In this document: positions 1-9,594 of the stretch, piece after piece
How positions within the stretch are numbered: the first letter of the stretch is position 1
Layout: each line of letters starts with the position of its first letter
Origin: Aureivirga marina
GTDB taxonomy: Bacteria; Bacteroidota; Bacteroidia; Flavobacteriales; Flavobacteriaceae
Length of the DNA: 64,000 bases
Reading direction: 5' to 3'
NCBI RefSeq assembly: GCF_015767265.1
Contig: NZ_JADPIB010000007.1
Coordinates: forward strand, 8,307-72,306
The notes under the pieces: model-generated
What the model was told of the DNA's origin: nothing
The model's database searches: none
What the model saw: the letters and a program-made list of their open reading frames with translations, nothing else
Translations under genes and position numbers: made by a program

Positions 1-812
1 ATTTCGAATTAGGAAATAAAATCGCAGGAGCTGGATTTCCTGTATATAAAGGAAAAGGAGCTAGATTACAAAGAGCTTTAATTAATTATTTCTTAGATAA
101 AAATACTGCTGCTGGATATAAAGAAGTGCAAGTTCCTCATGTTGTGAATGAAGCTTCTGGATATGGAACAGGACAATTACCAGATAAAGAAGGACAAATG
201 TACCATATTCCTGCACAGGATTTATATTTAATTCCAACTGCTGAAGTTCCTGTAACAAATATTTTCAGAGATGTTTTATTAAAGGAAAAAGATTTTCCAA
301 TTACATATACAGGTTACACACCATGTTTCCGTGTAGAAGCTGGATCTTATGGAGCTCATGTTAGAGGATTAAATAGATTACACCAATTTGATAAAGTAGA
401 AATTGTAAGAGTTGAGCATCCAGATAATTCATACAAAGCTTTAGATGGAATGGTAGAACATGTAAAAGAAATTTTACAAGAATTAAAATTACCATATAGA
501 ATCTTAAAACTTTGTGGAGGTGATACTGGATTTACTTCTGCATTAACTTATGATTTTGAAGTGTTTTCTACAGCACAAAACAGATGGTTAGAAATTAGCT
601 CTGTTTCAAACTTCGAATCTTTTCAAGCAAATCGTTTAAAATTAAGATTTAAGGGGAAAGATGGTAAGAAACAATTAGCACATACTTTAAATGGAAGTTC
701 TTTAGCTTTACCTAGAGTTTTAGCTGGAATATTAGAAAATTACCAAACTCCGGAAGGAATTAAAGTACCTGAGGTATTAATTCCTTACACAGGGTTTGAC
801 ATAATCAACTAA
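1..812 (+). CDS. serS: Seryl-tRNA synthetase, C-terminal catalytic portion. The 5' end is truncated by the window edge; the reading frame is open from base 3.
   Basis: The frame translates to FELGNKIAGAGFPVYKGKGARLQRALINYFLD followed by TGYTPCFRVEAGSYG, which are class II aaRS motifs typical of SerRS. The ORF-track 126..812 sits in the same frame without an upstream stop. Confidence 0.9.
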   Translation, partial: FELGNKIAGAGFPVYKGKGARLQRALINYFLDKNTAAGYKEVQVPHVVNEASGYGTGQLPDKEGQMYHIPAQDLYLIPTAEVPVTNIFRDVLLKEKDFPITYTGYTPCFRVEAGSYGAHVRGLNRLHQFDKVEIVRVEHPDNSYKALDGMVEHVKEILQELKLPYRILKLCGGDTGFTSALTYDFEVFSTAQNRWLEISSVSNFESFQANRLKLRFKGKDGKKQLAHTLNGSSLALPRVLAGILENYQTPEGIKVPEVLIPYTGFDIIN

Positions 813-829
813 TAATAAACAAATCATGT

Positions 830-878
830 AAACCTAAACAATGTTTTCGAATTAATATTGTTTAGGTTTATTGTTTTA
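830..878 (+). terminator. Rho-independent terminator of serS
   Basis: A perfect 13-bp stem AAACCTAAACAAT/ATTGTTTAGGTTT with a 14-nt loop is followed by a T-rich tract. Confidence 0.6.
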
Positions 879-1239
879 GTAATATTTTAACATACTTCTT
901 TTTACTATTGCTAAAATAATTCTCTTCACTTAAGTTTATATGTAATTTTTACCAGAAGAATTTAAACTTCCTTATTGTTGCTGACTTTTTTAAGGTTTAC
1001 TTATTTTATTTAATAATATAATATTGTAATTAATTATATTAAATATAGTTTTTAACTGTAATTTAAAATTTGCTAATTATTATATTTAATTATTTTTAAG
1101 GTAATAAATGTAGTATTTTGTTATGATGATTTGTGTTTAATGTAAATTTAATGTTAAGAAATTGTTTACATAATATTTGGTTAATGTAAAAAAAGAGTTA
1201 TCTTTGTGTATATATCGTTAACCATAAAAATTATAGGTC

Positions 1240-1587
1240 ATGAAAAAAGTATTATTTACAATATCGGTTTTAATAGGATTAGGATTATCTGCTCAAACAA
1301 AAGAACCTACTTATGAGAAGAATGAGGATTTAGTAAAAGTTACTTATTATCATGATAATGGAGAAGTGAGAGAGCAAGGATTTTTTAAAGACAAGAGACT
1401 TCACGGAACTTGGGTTAAATATAATTCGAATGGAGAAAAAGTAACGTTAGGTAATTATTATAATGGAAAGAAAGTTGGAAAATGGCTTTTCTGGCAAGAT
1501 GATGTATTGAAAGAAGTAAATTATGATAATAATCAAGTTGCTAGCGTTAGTAAATGGAAAGAAGCTTCAAAAGTTGCCTATAAATAA
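1240..1587 (+). CDS. Small secreted repeat protein of the MORN-variant / YwqK-like type, with a signal peptide
   Basis: The N-terminus is hydrophobic (MKKVLFTISVLIGLGLSAQ). Repeated G-x-W/Y-x-Y-x-NG-x-K motifs follow (HGTWVKYNSNGEK, GNYYNGKKVGKW). A TAtcTTTG -7-like box lies about 35 bp upstream and a terminator lies downstream. Confidence 0.55.
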   Translation: MKKVLFTISVLIGLGLSAQTKEPTYEKNEDLVKVTYYHDNGEVREQGFFKDKRLHGTWVKYNSNGEKVTLGNYYNGKKVGKWLFWQDDVLKEVNYDNNQVASVSKWKEASKVAYK

Positions 1588-1624
1588 TTGATAACGATAT
1601 ATATCATTAGTTTGAATACAACAG

Positions 1625-1658
1625 AGCCACTTATTTAATAAGTGGCTTTTTTATTTTT
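1625..1658 (+). terminator. Rho-independent terminator
   Basis: AGCCACTTA and TAAGTGGCT form a perfect stem, followed by TTTTTTATTTTT. Confidence 0.65.
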
Positions 1659-2044
1659 AATGAATTCTTGTTAAAACTCTTCGAATTTTATGATTAAATA
1701 TGATATATGTTATAAAAAAAGAAAAAAAATAGCAGGAATTGTGTAAAAAAAAGGACATAATATCACTTGTTATTTCATAAGAAAAATTATTGTGTATATT
1801 TGTTTCCTATGAAAGAAGCTTGGGCAAACTTATTAATTTTACTAAAATTCTTAATCAAGAGAAATCCTGAATAAGCAATCTACTTTTATGTAAATTATTA
1901 AGATTATAAATTATCAACTTCTAGAAAATTACTCTAACTTTAATTGTTCTTAGAAGAAAGATATTTTTAACCAATATTTAGGGTTAAAATTTAGGATAAT
2001 TTCGAAATTGACTTTAAAATTATACCAATAAAAAGTTTTATAAA

Positions 2045-3202
2045 ATGCCAAGATACCACAAATTAGGTAGCATTCCTTCAAAGAGGCACATCACTTTTGA
2101 AAAGCCAGATGGAGGTTTATACCAAGAAGAACTTTTTGGTACAGCTGGATTCGCAGGGAATTCTTCATTATTGTACCATATTTATCCTCCTACAGTAGTA
2201 ACTGAAATTAAAAAGTTAGGAGATGTTTCTCCAAAAGTTGGAATTGAAAAAAACATGAAAGCTTTAAGCTTCAAAGGATTTTCTTTACCACAAGAACAAG
2301 ATTATTTAGAAAGTAGAAAAACTTTATTTGTAAATAATGATTTACACATTGGTTTAGCTGCTCCAAAAGAGTTTTCTAAAGATTATTTCTATAAAAATGC
2401 TGATGCTGACGAAATGTTATTTGTTCACATTGGTTCTGGAACTTTAAAAACTTCTTATGGAAGTATCCGTTTTGAATACGGTGATTATCTTGTGATTCCA
2501 AGAGGAACAATTTATCAAATCGATTTTGATACTGAAGATAATAGATTACTTTATATAGAATCATTTAGTCCAATCGTAACTCCTAAGCGTTACCGTAATA
2601 ACTTTGGACAATTATTAGAACATTCACCATTTTGTGAAAGAGACTTTAAACTTCCTGAAAATCTAGAAACACATGATGAAAAGGGGGAATTTAAAGTGAA
2701 AATCAAAAAACAAGGTGTAATGTGGGAGTATACTTATGGAAACCACCCATTTGATGTTGTAGGATGGGATGGATTTAATTATCCATTTGGATTCTCAATT
2801 CACGATTTTGAGCCATTAACAGGAAGAATTCACCAACCGCCACCAGTTCACCAACAATGGGAAGCTGCTGGATTTGTAGTGTGTTCTTTTGTGCCAAGAT
2901 TATATGATTATCATCCAAAAGCAATTCCTGCTCCTTACCACCATAGTAATATTGATTCGGAAGAATTATTATATTATGTTGATGGTGACTTTATGAGTAG
3001 AAATAATATTGAAAAAGGACAAATCACTTTACATCCAGGAGGAATTCCACATGGACCACACCCTGGAGCGATTGAAAGAAGTATTGGTAAAAAGGAAACA
3101 GAAGAATTAGCTGTGATGATTGATCCTTTTAATCCAATTATGATTACTGAAGAAGCATTGAAATTAGAAGTTGATGATTATTATAAATCATGGTCTGAAT
3201 AA
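2045..3202 (+). CDS. hmgA: Homogentisate 1,2-dioxygenase
   Basis: A 385-aa cupin-fold protein with conserved HGD segments (SLLYHIYPPT, HQQWEAAGF, GGIPHGPHPG). It sits directly upstream of hppD. Confidence 0.85.
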   Translation: MPRYHKLGSIPSKRHITFEKPDGGLYQEELFGTAGFAGNSSLLYHIYPPTVVTEIKKLGDVSPKVGIEKNMKALSFKGFSLPQEQDYLESRKTLFVNNDLHIGLAAPKEFSKDYFYKNADADEMLFVHIGSGTLKTSYGSIRFEYGDYLVIPRGTIYQIDFDTEDNRLLYIESFSPIVTPKRYRNNFGQLLEHSPFCERDFKLPENLETHDEKGEFKVKIKKQGVMWEYTYGNHPFDVVGWDGFNYPFGFSIHDFEPLTGRIHQPPPVHQQWEAAGFVVCSFVPRLYDYHPKAIPAPYHHSNIDSEELLYYVDGDFMSRNNIEKGQITLHPGGIPHGPHPGAIERSIGKKETEELAVMIDPFNPIMITEEALKLEVDDYYKSWSE

Positions 3203-3256
3203 TTCGATGCATGTAAAATGACTATTTTTTCTAAAAACTAAAACAACAAAACTAAA

Positions 3257-4408
3257 ATGAAAGACTTAAAAAATATAGAGAATGTTTCTTATGGATTAGA
3301 GAAAATTTTCCCAGAAGCTGAGGATTTTCTTCCATTAAATGGAACGGATTATGTAGAAATGATTGTGGGAAATGCAAAACAAGCTGCGCATTTTTATAAA
3401 ACTGCATTTGGATTTCAATCATTAGCATATTCAGGATTGGAAACAGGAAATAAAGAAAAAACTTCTTATGTTCTGGTTCAAGATAAAATCCGTTTAGTAT
3501 TAAGTACACCAACAAAATCTGGAGGAGAATTAAACGAGCATTTAGACAAGCATGGTGATGCTGTAAAAGTGGTTGCTCTTTGGGTTGATGATGCAAGAAA
3601 ATCTTGGGAAGAAACTACAAGTAGAGGAGCAAAATCTTACATGGAACCAACTGTAGAAACAGATGAGCATGGAGAAGTAGTTCGTTCAGGAATTCATACT
3701 TATGGTGATACAGTTCATATTTTCGTAGAAAGAAAAAACTATAAAGGAACTTTCTTACCAGGATTCAGAAAATGGGATTCTCACTATAATCCAACAGATT
3801 GTGGATTACGTTATATCGACCACATGGTAGGAAACGTAGATTGGAATGAAATGAACAAATGGGGAGATTTCTACAGAAATGTAATGGGATTTGCTCAGTT
3901 AGTATCATTTGATGATAAAGATATTTCTACAGAGTACACAGCTCTTATGTCAAAAGTAATGACAAACGGAAATGGACGTATCAAATTCCCAATTAACGAG
4001 CCAGCTGAAGGAAGAAAAAAATCTCAAATTGAAGAATATTTAGATTTCTATAATGGAGCAGGAGTTCAACACATTGCTGTTGCAACAAACAACATTATTG
4101 AAACAGTTACAGCTTTAAGAGATAGAGGAGTTGAATTTTTATATGTTCCTTCTACTTATTATGATGATGTATTAGAAAGAGTAGGAGAAATTGATGAAGA
4201 TTTAGAGCCATTAAAAGAATTAGGAATCTTAATTGACCGTGATGATGAAGGATATTTATTACAAATCTTCACGAAGCCAGTGATGGATAGACCAACTTTA
4301 TTCTTCGAAATTATTCAAAGAAAAGGCGCTACTTCTTTCGGAAAAGGAAACTTTAAAGCTTTATTCGAGTCAATCGAGCGTGAGCAAGAACAAAGAGGAA
4401 CTTTATAA
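3257..4408 (+). CDS. hppD: 4-hydroxyphenylpyruvate dioxygenase
   Basis: A 383-aa VOC-fold protein with the HPPD C-terminal signature (VQHIAVATNNI, LLQIFTKPVMDRPTLFFEIIQRKG, FGKGNFKALFESIE). Confidence 0.9.
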   Translation: MKDLKNIENVSYGLEKIFPEAEDFLPLNGTDYVEMIVGNAKQAAHFYKTAFGFQSLAYSGLETGNKEKTSYVLVQDKIRLVLSTPTKSGGELNEHLDKHGDAVKVVALWVDDARKSWEETTSRGAKSYMEPTVETDEHGEVVRSGIHTYGDTVHIFVERKNYKGTFLPGFRKWDSHYNPTDCGLRYIDHMVGNVDWNEMNKWGDFYRNVMGFAQLVSFDDKDISTEYTALMSKVMTNGNGRIKFPINEPAEGRKKSQIEEYLDFYNGAGVQHIAVATNNIIETVTALRDRGVEFLYVPSTYYDDVLERVGEIDEDLEPLKELGILIDRDDEGYLLQIFTKPVMDRPTLFFEIIQRKGATSFGKGNFKALFESIEREQEQRGTL

Positions 4409-4453
4409 TTGAAAAAGTAATAAAATATATAAACTCTTTACCTGAATGAATTT

Positions 4454-5428
4454 TTGGGTAAAGAGTTTTTTCATTTAATTATGGATAGAGAAACACTTTT
4501 AGCTAAACTTGACGAAAAATTTGCAGCAATGGGACAAGACACAAATGTCCATTTAGAAGGATTGCTGCATAATACACCAATTACTTATTGGGATTATATT
4601 CAAACGGATGCTTTATTAAATCTTCAAATTCAAAGGACCAATCTTCCTGATGAAATGGTATTTATCATGTATCATCAAGTAAACGAACTTTTATTTAAGA
4701 TGATTCTTTGGGAAATGGATCAGATTGCTGAGAAAGACGATTTAACTACAGAATTTTTTACAGAGCATTTAAGTAGAATTTCAAGATATTTTGATGTTTT
4801 GGCAAATTCATTCGAAATCATGGGAGATGGAATGGAAGTAGCACAATACATGAAATTCAGAAATACTTTAACTCCAGCAAGTGGATTCCAAAGTGCACAA
4901 TATCGTTTAATTGAATTTTCTTCAACAGAAATTATCAACTTAATCGATGCAAGATTTAAAAAGAATTTTGACATTGAAAATAAATCTTTTGAAGAAATTT
5001 TTGAAAATCTTTATTGGCAGGCAGCAGGAAAAGATTTTAAAACTGGAGAAAAATCTACTTTATTAAATTTATTTGAAAAAAGATATAAAGAGGAATTTTT
5101 AAGATATATTGAAGAATATCAAAAGAAAAATCTTTGGACTCGTTTTAAAGAATTACCTGAAGAAGCACAAAATAATATTGACTTAAGAAATGCAATGCGT
5201 CATTATGATCATACAGTAAATGTAAAATGGGTAATGGCACATTATAACGCAGCAGGAAAATATCTTTTAAGTGGAGAGGAAGATGTAGAAGCGACAGGAG
5301 GAAGTGATTGGAGAAAATATATGCATCCAAAATACCAAAGAAGAATTTTCTTCCCAACTTTATGGACAGAAGAAGAACATAAAAATTGGGGAATTACAAA
5401 TTTAGAATCATATGAGGTTTTAAAATAA
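4454..5428 (+). CDS. kynA: Tryptophan 2,3-dioxygenase (heme TDO family)
   Basis: YWDYIQTDALLNLQ...DEMVFIMYHQVNELLFKMILWEM matches the bacterial TDO core helix. The protein is 324 aa and the true start may be the internal Met at 4481. Confidence 0.75.
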   Translation: MGKEFFHLIMDRETLLAKLDEKFAAMGQDTNVHLEGLLHNTPITYWDYIQTDALLNLQIQRTNLPDEMVFIMYHQVNELLFKMILWEMDQIAEKDDLTTEFFTEHLSRISRYFDVLANSFEIMGDGMEVAQYMKFRNTLTPASGFQSAQYRLIEFSSTEIINLIDARFKKNFDIENKSFEEIFENLYWQAAGKDFKTGEKSTLLNLFEKRYKEEFLRYIEEYQKKNLWTRFKELPEEAQNNIDLRNAMRHYDHTVNVKWVMAHYNAAGKYLLSGEEDVEATGGSDWRKYMHPKYQRRIFFPTLWTEEEHKNWGITNLESYEVLK

Positions 5429-5461
5429 TATTTTTTATTAATAAATTTCATAAATTAATAA

Positions 5462-5494
5462 AAGCTTAGTATGATTTGCTAAGCTTTTTTTTAT
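5462..5494 (+). terminator. Rho-independent terminator that closes the hmgA-hppD-kynA unit
   Basis: AAGCTTAG and CTAAGCTT form a stem, followed by TTTTTTTTATTTTT. Confidence 0.65.
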
Positions 5495-5552
5495 TTTTAT
5501 TTGGCATTATTTATGTAATGTTGATAAAATGTAAAATATTTAACAAAATGAT

Positions 5553-6326
5553 ATGAAAAAACTATTTCTTTTACTGTTAATTTTAATAACAACAAGTTCA
5601 TTTGGACAATATCGTGGAGCATTTAAATCTGGAGAATGGTTTAAATTTCGAATGCATTATAGCAATTTAGTAAATGCAGGTTTTGCAACTCTGGAAATTA
5701 AAGAAACTTCACATCAAGGTAAGGAGGCATTTCATGTGGTAGGAAAAGGTTGGACAACTGGAGTAGTGAAGTTTTTTTTCAAAGTGAATGATGAGTACCA
5801 ATCTTATTTCTATAAAGATCCACTTTTACCTTACCATTTTGTTCGAAGAGTTGATGAAGGTGGACATATAATAAGTAGAGATATTTATTTTAATCAAGAA
5901 GAAGGAGAAGCTGAGGTAATTGATCATAAACATAATAAAGAAGAAACTATTTCAGCTACCAACGTTCAAGATATGATTTCTGCATTTTATTATTTAAGAA
6001 ATCAAGATTTTAAAGGAATGAAAGATGGAGACGAAATTCATATGAAACTTTTTTTCGATTATGAAACATTTGACTTCAAATTGCGTTTTCTAGGAAGAGA
6101 AGTTATCAAAACAAAATTCGGAAAAGTAAAATGTATTAAATTCAGACCTTTAGTACAAGCAGGAAGAGTTTTTAAAGAAGAAGAAAGTGTGACAATTTGG
6201 GTTTCGGATGATAAAAATAAAATTCCGTTACGAATTAAAGCATCTTTAGCAGTTGGGTCTTTACGTTCAGAATTGGAAGAGTTTAAAGGTTTAGCGCATC
6301 CTTTTAACATAATATTTGATAATTAA
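5553..6326 (+). CDS. DUF3108-like secreted protein
   Basis: Signal peptide MKKLFLLLLILITTSSFGQ. Size and composition are typical of the Bacteroidota DUF3108 family. No catalytic motif was recognised. Confidence 0.5.
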   Translation: MKKLFLLLLILITTSSFGQYRGAFKSGEWFKFRMHYSNLVNAGFATLEIKETSHQGKEAFHVVGKGWTTGVVKFFFKVNDEYQSYFYKDPLLPYHFVRRVDEGGHIISRDIYFNQEEGEAEVIDHKHNKEETISATNVQDMISAFYYLRNQDFKGMKDGDEIHMKLFFDYETFDFKLRFLGREVIKTKFGKVKCIKFRPLVQAGRVFKEEESVTIWVSDDKNKIPLRIKASLAVGSLRSELEEFKGLAHPFNIIFDN

Positions 6327-6376
6327 TTGTATTTTTGTAGTCTTGTGTTTTTTTAAAACCTAAAAAATTAATTCAG

Positions 6377-7636
6377 TTGAAAAAAATAGCATTAATATTA
6401 ATTACGGTATTTACGATTTTTTCATGTAATCAGAAAAGAGAGAAAGTTGAGGTTTTACCTGTTAAGAAAGAGGAAATAAAGCAACCAATAATTGAATTTG
6501 GTTATAATCTAGATAATTATCACATCGTTAAAGATACAGTAAGAAATGGAGATAGTTTTGGTGAAATTCTAGATGAAAATGGAGTAGAATATCCTATTAT
6601 TAATAGAATTGCTGAAAATATCAAAGATGTATTTGATGTTAGAAAATTAAGAGCTGGAAAAACATATACAATTTTAAAATCAAAAGATTCATTACAAACA
6701 GCATCTGTATTTATTTATCATCAAGATAAAATTAACCACAAGATTGTTCATTTTAAAGACACAATTAAAGCATCAGACTTTAAGAAAAAGATTAAAATTG
6801 TAGAGAAAGTTGCTTCAGGAAGAATTGAAAGTTCTTTATCAAAAGCTATTGAAGAACAAGGATTGAATTATATGGTTTCAAATGAATTATCAGAAATTTA
6901 TGCTTGGACAATTAATTTCTTTGCATTAAAAAAGAATGATAAATTTAAAATTGTTTATGAAGAAAAATTTATAAATGATACAATTTATGCTGGAATGGGA
7001 GAAATCAAAGCAGCATATTTTGAACATGGAGGAAAACCGTTTTATGCGTTTAGTTTTGTTCCAGATTCTACACAAAAATATCAAGAATATTTTGATGAAA
7101 ATGCTTCAAATTTGAGAAGAGCTTTTTTAAAAGCACCTTTAAAATTTAGCAGAATTTCGTCTAGATATAATTTAAAAAGAAGAATTGCATACTATGGAAA
7201 TAAAGTAAGACCTCATTACGGTACTGATTTTGCGGCTCCAGTAGGAACGCCAATTATGAGTACTGCAAATGGAGTTGTAGTTGCCTCTGCAAGAAGAGGA
7301 GGGAATGGTAATTATGTGAAAGTCAAACACAATGCTACTTACACAACACAATATTTACACATGAAAAGTAGAGCTGTAAAAGTTGGTGATGTTGTAAAGC
7401 AAGGAGATGTTATAGGATATGTTGGAATGACAGGGAACACTTCAGGGCCACATGTTTGTTATCGTTTTTGGAAAAACGGAAAACAAGTGGATCCTTTAAG
7501 AGAAAAACTTCCAGCAGCTGAACCATTGGTTGATAGTTTAAAACAACCTTATTTTGAATACATAAAACCTTTTAGAGCAAAATTAGATTCTATTACTTAC
7601 CCACAAGAAGAAATCGAATTTGCTACATTAAATTAG
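6377..7636 (+). CDS. M23 family metallopeptidase (peptidoglycan DD-endopeptidase-like), lipoprotein
   Basis: The C-terminal LytM/M23 motifs are present: HYGTDFAAPVGTPI and GNYVKVKHN...YLHM...GYVGMTGNTSGPHVCY. The N-terminus is a lipobox-like signal, FSC. Confidence 0.85.
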   Translation: MKKIALILITVFTIFSCNQKREKVEVLPVKKEEIKQPIIEFGYNLDNYHIVKDTVRNGDSFGEILDENGVEYPIINRIAENIKDVFDVRKLRAGKTYTILKSKDSLQTASVFIYHQDKINHKIVHFKDTIKASDFKKKIKIVEKVASGRIESSLSKAIEEQGLNYMVSNELSEIYAWTINFFALKKNDKFKIVYEEKFINDTIYAGMGEIKAAYFEHGGKPFYAFSFVPDSTQKYQEYFDENASNLRRAFLKAPLKFSRISSRYNLKRRIAYYGNKVRPHYGTDFAAPVGTPIMSTANGVVVASARRGGNGNYVKVKHNATYTTQYLHMKSRAVKVGDVVKQGDVIGYVGMTGNTSGPHVCYRFWKNGKQVDPLREKLPAAEPLVDSLKQPYFEYIKPFRAKLDSITYPQEEIEFATLN

Positions 7637-7644
7637 AATAGAAA

Positions 7645-9216
7645 ATGCCATTAAAAAAAATAAATCCTACCAAAACGGAAGCTTGGAAAACATTAAATAA
7701 GCATTATTCAAATTTAAAAAAGAAGCATTTACAGGAATTATTTATAGAAGACAAACAAAGAAAAGAAAACTTTACAGTTTCATTTGAAGACTTTGAAGTT
7801 GATTTTTCAAGAAATAGAATAAATAAACAAACAATTGAAAATCTGGTTTCATTAGCAAATGAAGTAGATTTAAGTGATGCAATTGAAAAGTTATTTAAAG
7901 GAGATGTTATTAATGAAACTGAAAATCGTGCAGTTTTACATACAATTTTAAGAACAAAAGAAGAAGCTGTATGTGAGGATAATCGAAAAAGGTTTTATAA
8001 AGTACAACATACTTTAAGTAAAATTGAACAATTCTCAAATAGTGTAATTAGAGGTGATTGGAAAGGATGTTCTGGTAAGAAAATTACTGATATTGTAAAT
8101 ATTGGAATTGGAGGTTCTGATTTAGGACCAAAAATGATTGTAGAAGCTTTATCAAATTACAAAACACATATAAATACACACTTCATTTCTAATATTGATA
8201 GTGATTATTTAGCTTCATTTTTAAAGGAAATAAATCCAGAAACCACATTATTTATTATTGTTTCTAAGTCTTTTTCTACATTAGAAACAAAATTAAATGC
8301 AGAATTTTTTAAGAATTGGTTTTTAGAGAATACAGGACATGATTGTTTAAAGCAAAATTTTGTTGCTGTAAGCACAAATGATAAAGCTTGTTTAGAATTT
8401 GGAATTCCCACAGAAAATATATTTCCAATGTGGAATTGGGTTGGAGGAAGATTTTCACTTTGGAGTGCTGTTGGTTTGAGTATTAGTTTAAGCCTTGGAT
8501 TTAACCATTTTAAAAGTATACTTGAAGGAGCAAATGCAATGGATGAACATTTTAAAGATGCTCCATTTGAAGAAAATTTACCTGTTCTTTTAGGATTAAT
8601 AGGAATTTGGTATAATAACTTTTTTAAAGTAGATTCTGAAGCTGTAATTCCTTATTCTCAATTTCTAAATAGTTTTGTCCCATACTTACAACAACTTTCT
8701 ATGGAAAGTAATGGGAAAAGTATTGATAGAAATGGTCAAAAAGTAGATTATCAAACAGGAACAATTGTATGGGGAAATATTGGAACGAATTCTCAGCATG
8801 CATTTATGCAATTAGTTCATCAAGGAACGAAATTAGTTCCAATTGATTTCATTGGTTTTAAAAAATCATTGAACGGAGATGTACATATGCATAAACAATT
8901 TCTTGCAAATATGTATGGTCAAGCGGATGCTTTATGTTATGGTAAATCTAAAAATAAAGTACATTTAGATTTAAAATATAATGAAAAGCAAGATGAGATA
9001 AATAAAGTTTTACCTTATAAAATATTTGAAGGAAATAAACCTTCGACAATTATTAGTATTGATAAATTAAATCCTGAAGCAGTTGGAAAGCTTGTTTCAC
9101 TTTATGAACACAAAGTTTTTGTACAAGGAATAATTTGGAATATTTTTAGTTTTGATCAGTTTGGTGTAGAACTTGGAAAAGAACATTCGAACAAAATGAT
9201 TATGAATTTGGTATAA
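7645..9216 (+). CDS. pgi: Glucose-6-phosphate isomerase
   Basis: 523 aa with PGI signatures: IGIGGSDLGP, SKSFSTLET, GGRFSLWSAVGLS and SNGKS. Confidence 0.9.
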   Translation: MPLKKINPTKTEAWKTLNKHYSNLKKKHLQELFIEDKQRKENFTVSFEDFEVDFSRNRINKQTIENLVSLANEVDLSDAIEKLFKGDVINETENRAVLHTILRTKEEAVCEDNRKRFYKVQHTLSKIEQFSNSVIRGDWKGCSGKKITDIVNIGIGGSDLGPKMIVEALSNYKTHINTHFISNIDSDYLASFLKEINPETTLFIIVSKSFSTLETKLNAEFFKNWFLENTGHDCLKQNFVAVSTNDKACLEFGIPTENIFPMWNWVGGRFSLWSAVGLSISLSLGFNHFKSILEGANAMDEHFKDAPFEENLPVLLGLIGIWYNNFFKVDSEAVIPYSQFLNSFVPYLQQLSMESNGKSIDRNGQKVDYQTGTIVWGNIGTNSQHAFMQLVHQGTKLVPIDFIGFKKSLNGDVHMHKQFLANMYGQADALCYGKSKNKVHLDLKYNEKQDEINKVLPYKIFEGNKPSTIISIDKLNPEAVGKLVSLYEHKVFVQGIIWNIFSFDQFGVELGKEHSNKMIMNLV

Positions 9217-9242
9217 TACCTATATATATAACAAAAAATAAA

Positions 9243-9277
9243 GCCATCAGTGAATGAAAACTGGTGGCTTTTTTTTG
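9243..9277 (+). terminator. Rho-independent terminator of pgi
   Basis: GCCATCAG and CTGGTGGC form a stem with one mismatch, followed by TTTTTTTTT. Confidence 0.55.
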
Positions 9278-9594
9278 GATTTCCTTTAATTTACAAAAAA
9301 TATTTGTTAAAAAAATCCATGAAAATTGCATTTAAACCATTGTTAACACAATAAAATTGATATTTATCATACAACTACTGTTGTTATAATTTAAAATAAA
9401 TGTTAAAAAAATGAATAATTGTAATATTTACACATATTATTTGTCGGATATTAAGAATTTATTAACATTTAGTTTAAGTATTAGTTATTAAGTGTTTATC
9501 TAGGTAAAATAGGCAATTCTTAACATTAACTTAAAATTAGATATTTTTTAAATATTCACTTTTGCATCGCATGTTAAAACGTAATTATTTAAAA

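Noticed and set aside
9562-9594. TTG-initiated N-terminal extension of the TonB-dependent receptor (MHRMLKRNYLK)
   Set aside because: The ATG at 9595 gives a canonical signal peptide, and the extension adds a charged, non-signal-like leader. Similar ORF-track extensions were trimmed at ileS (21106), the DksA-like gene (24452), the GLPGLI gene (16822), sppA (49545), the AraC gene (52990), the SDR gene (55195) and maeB (60096).
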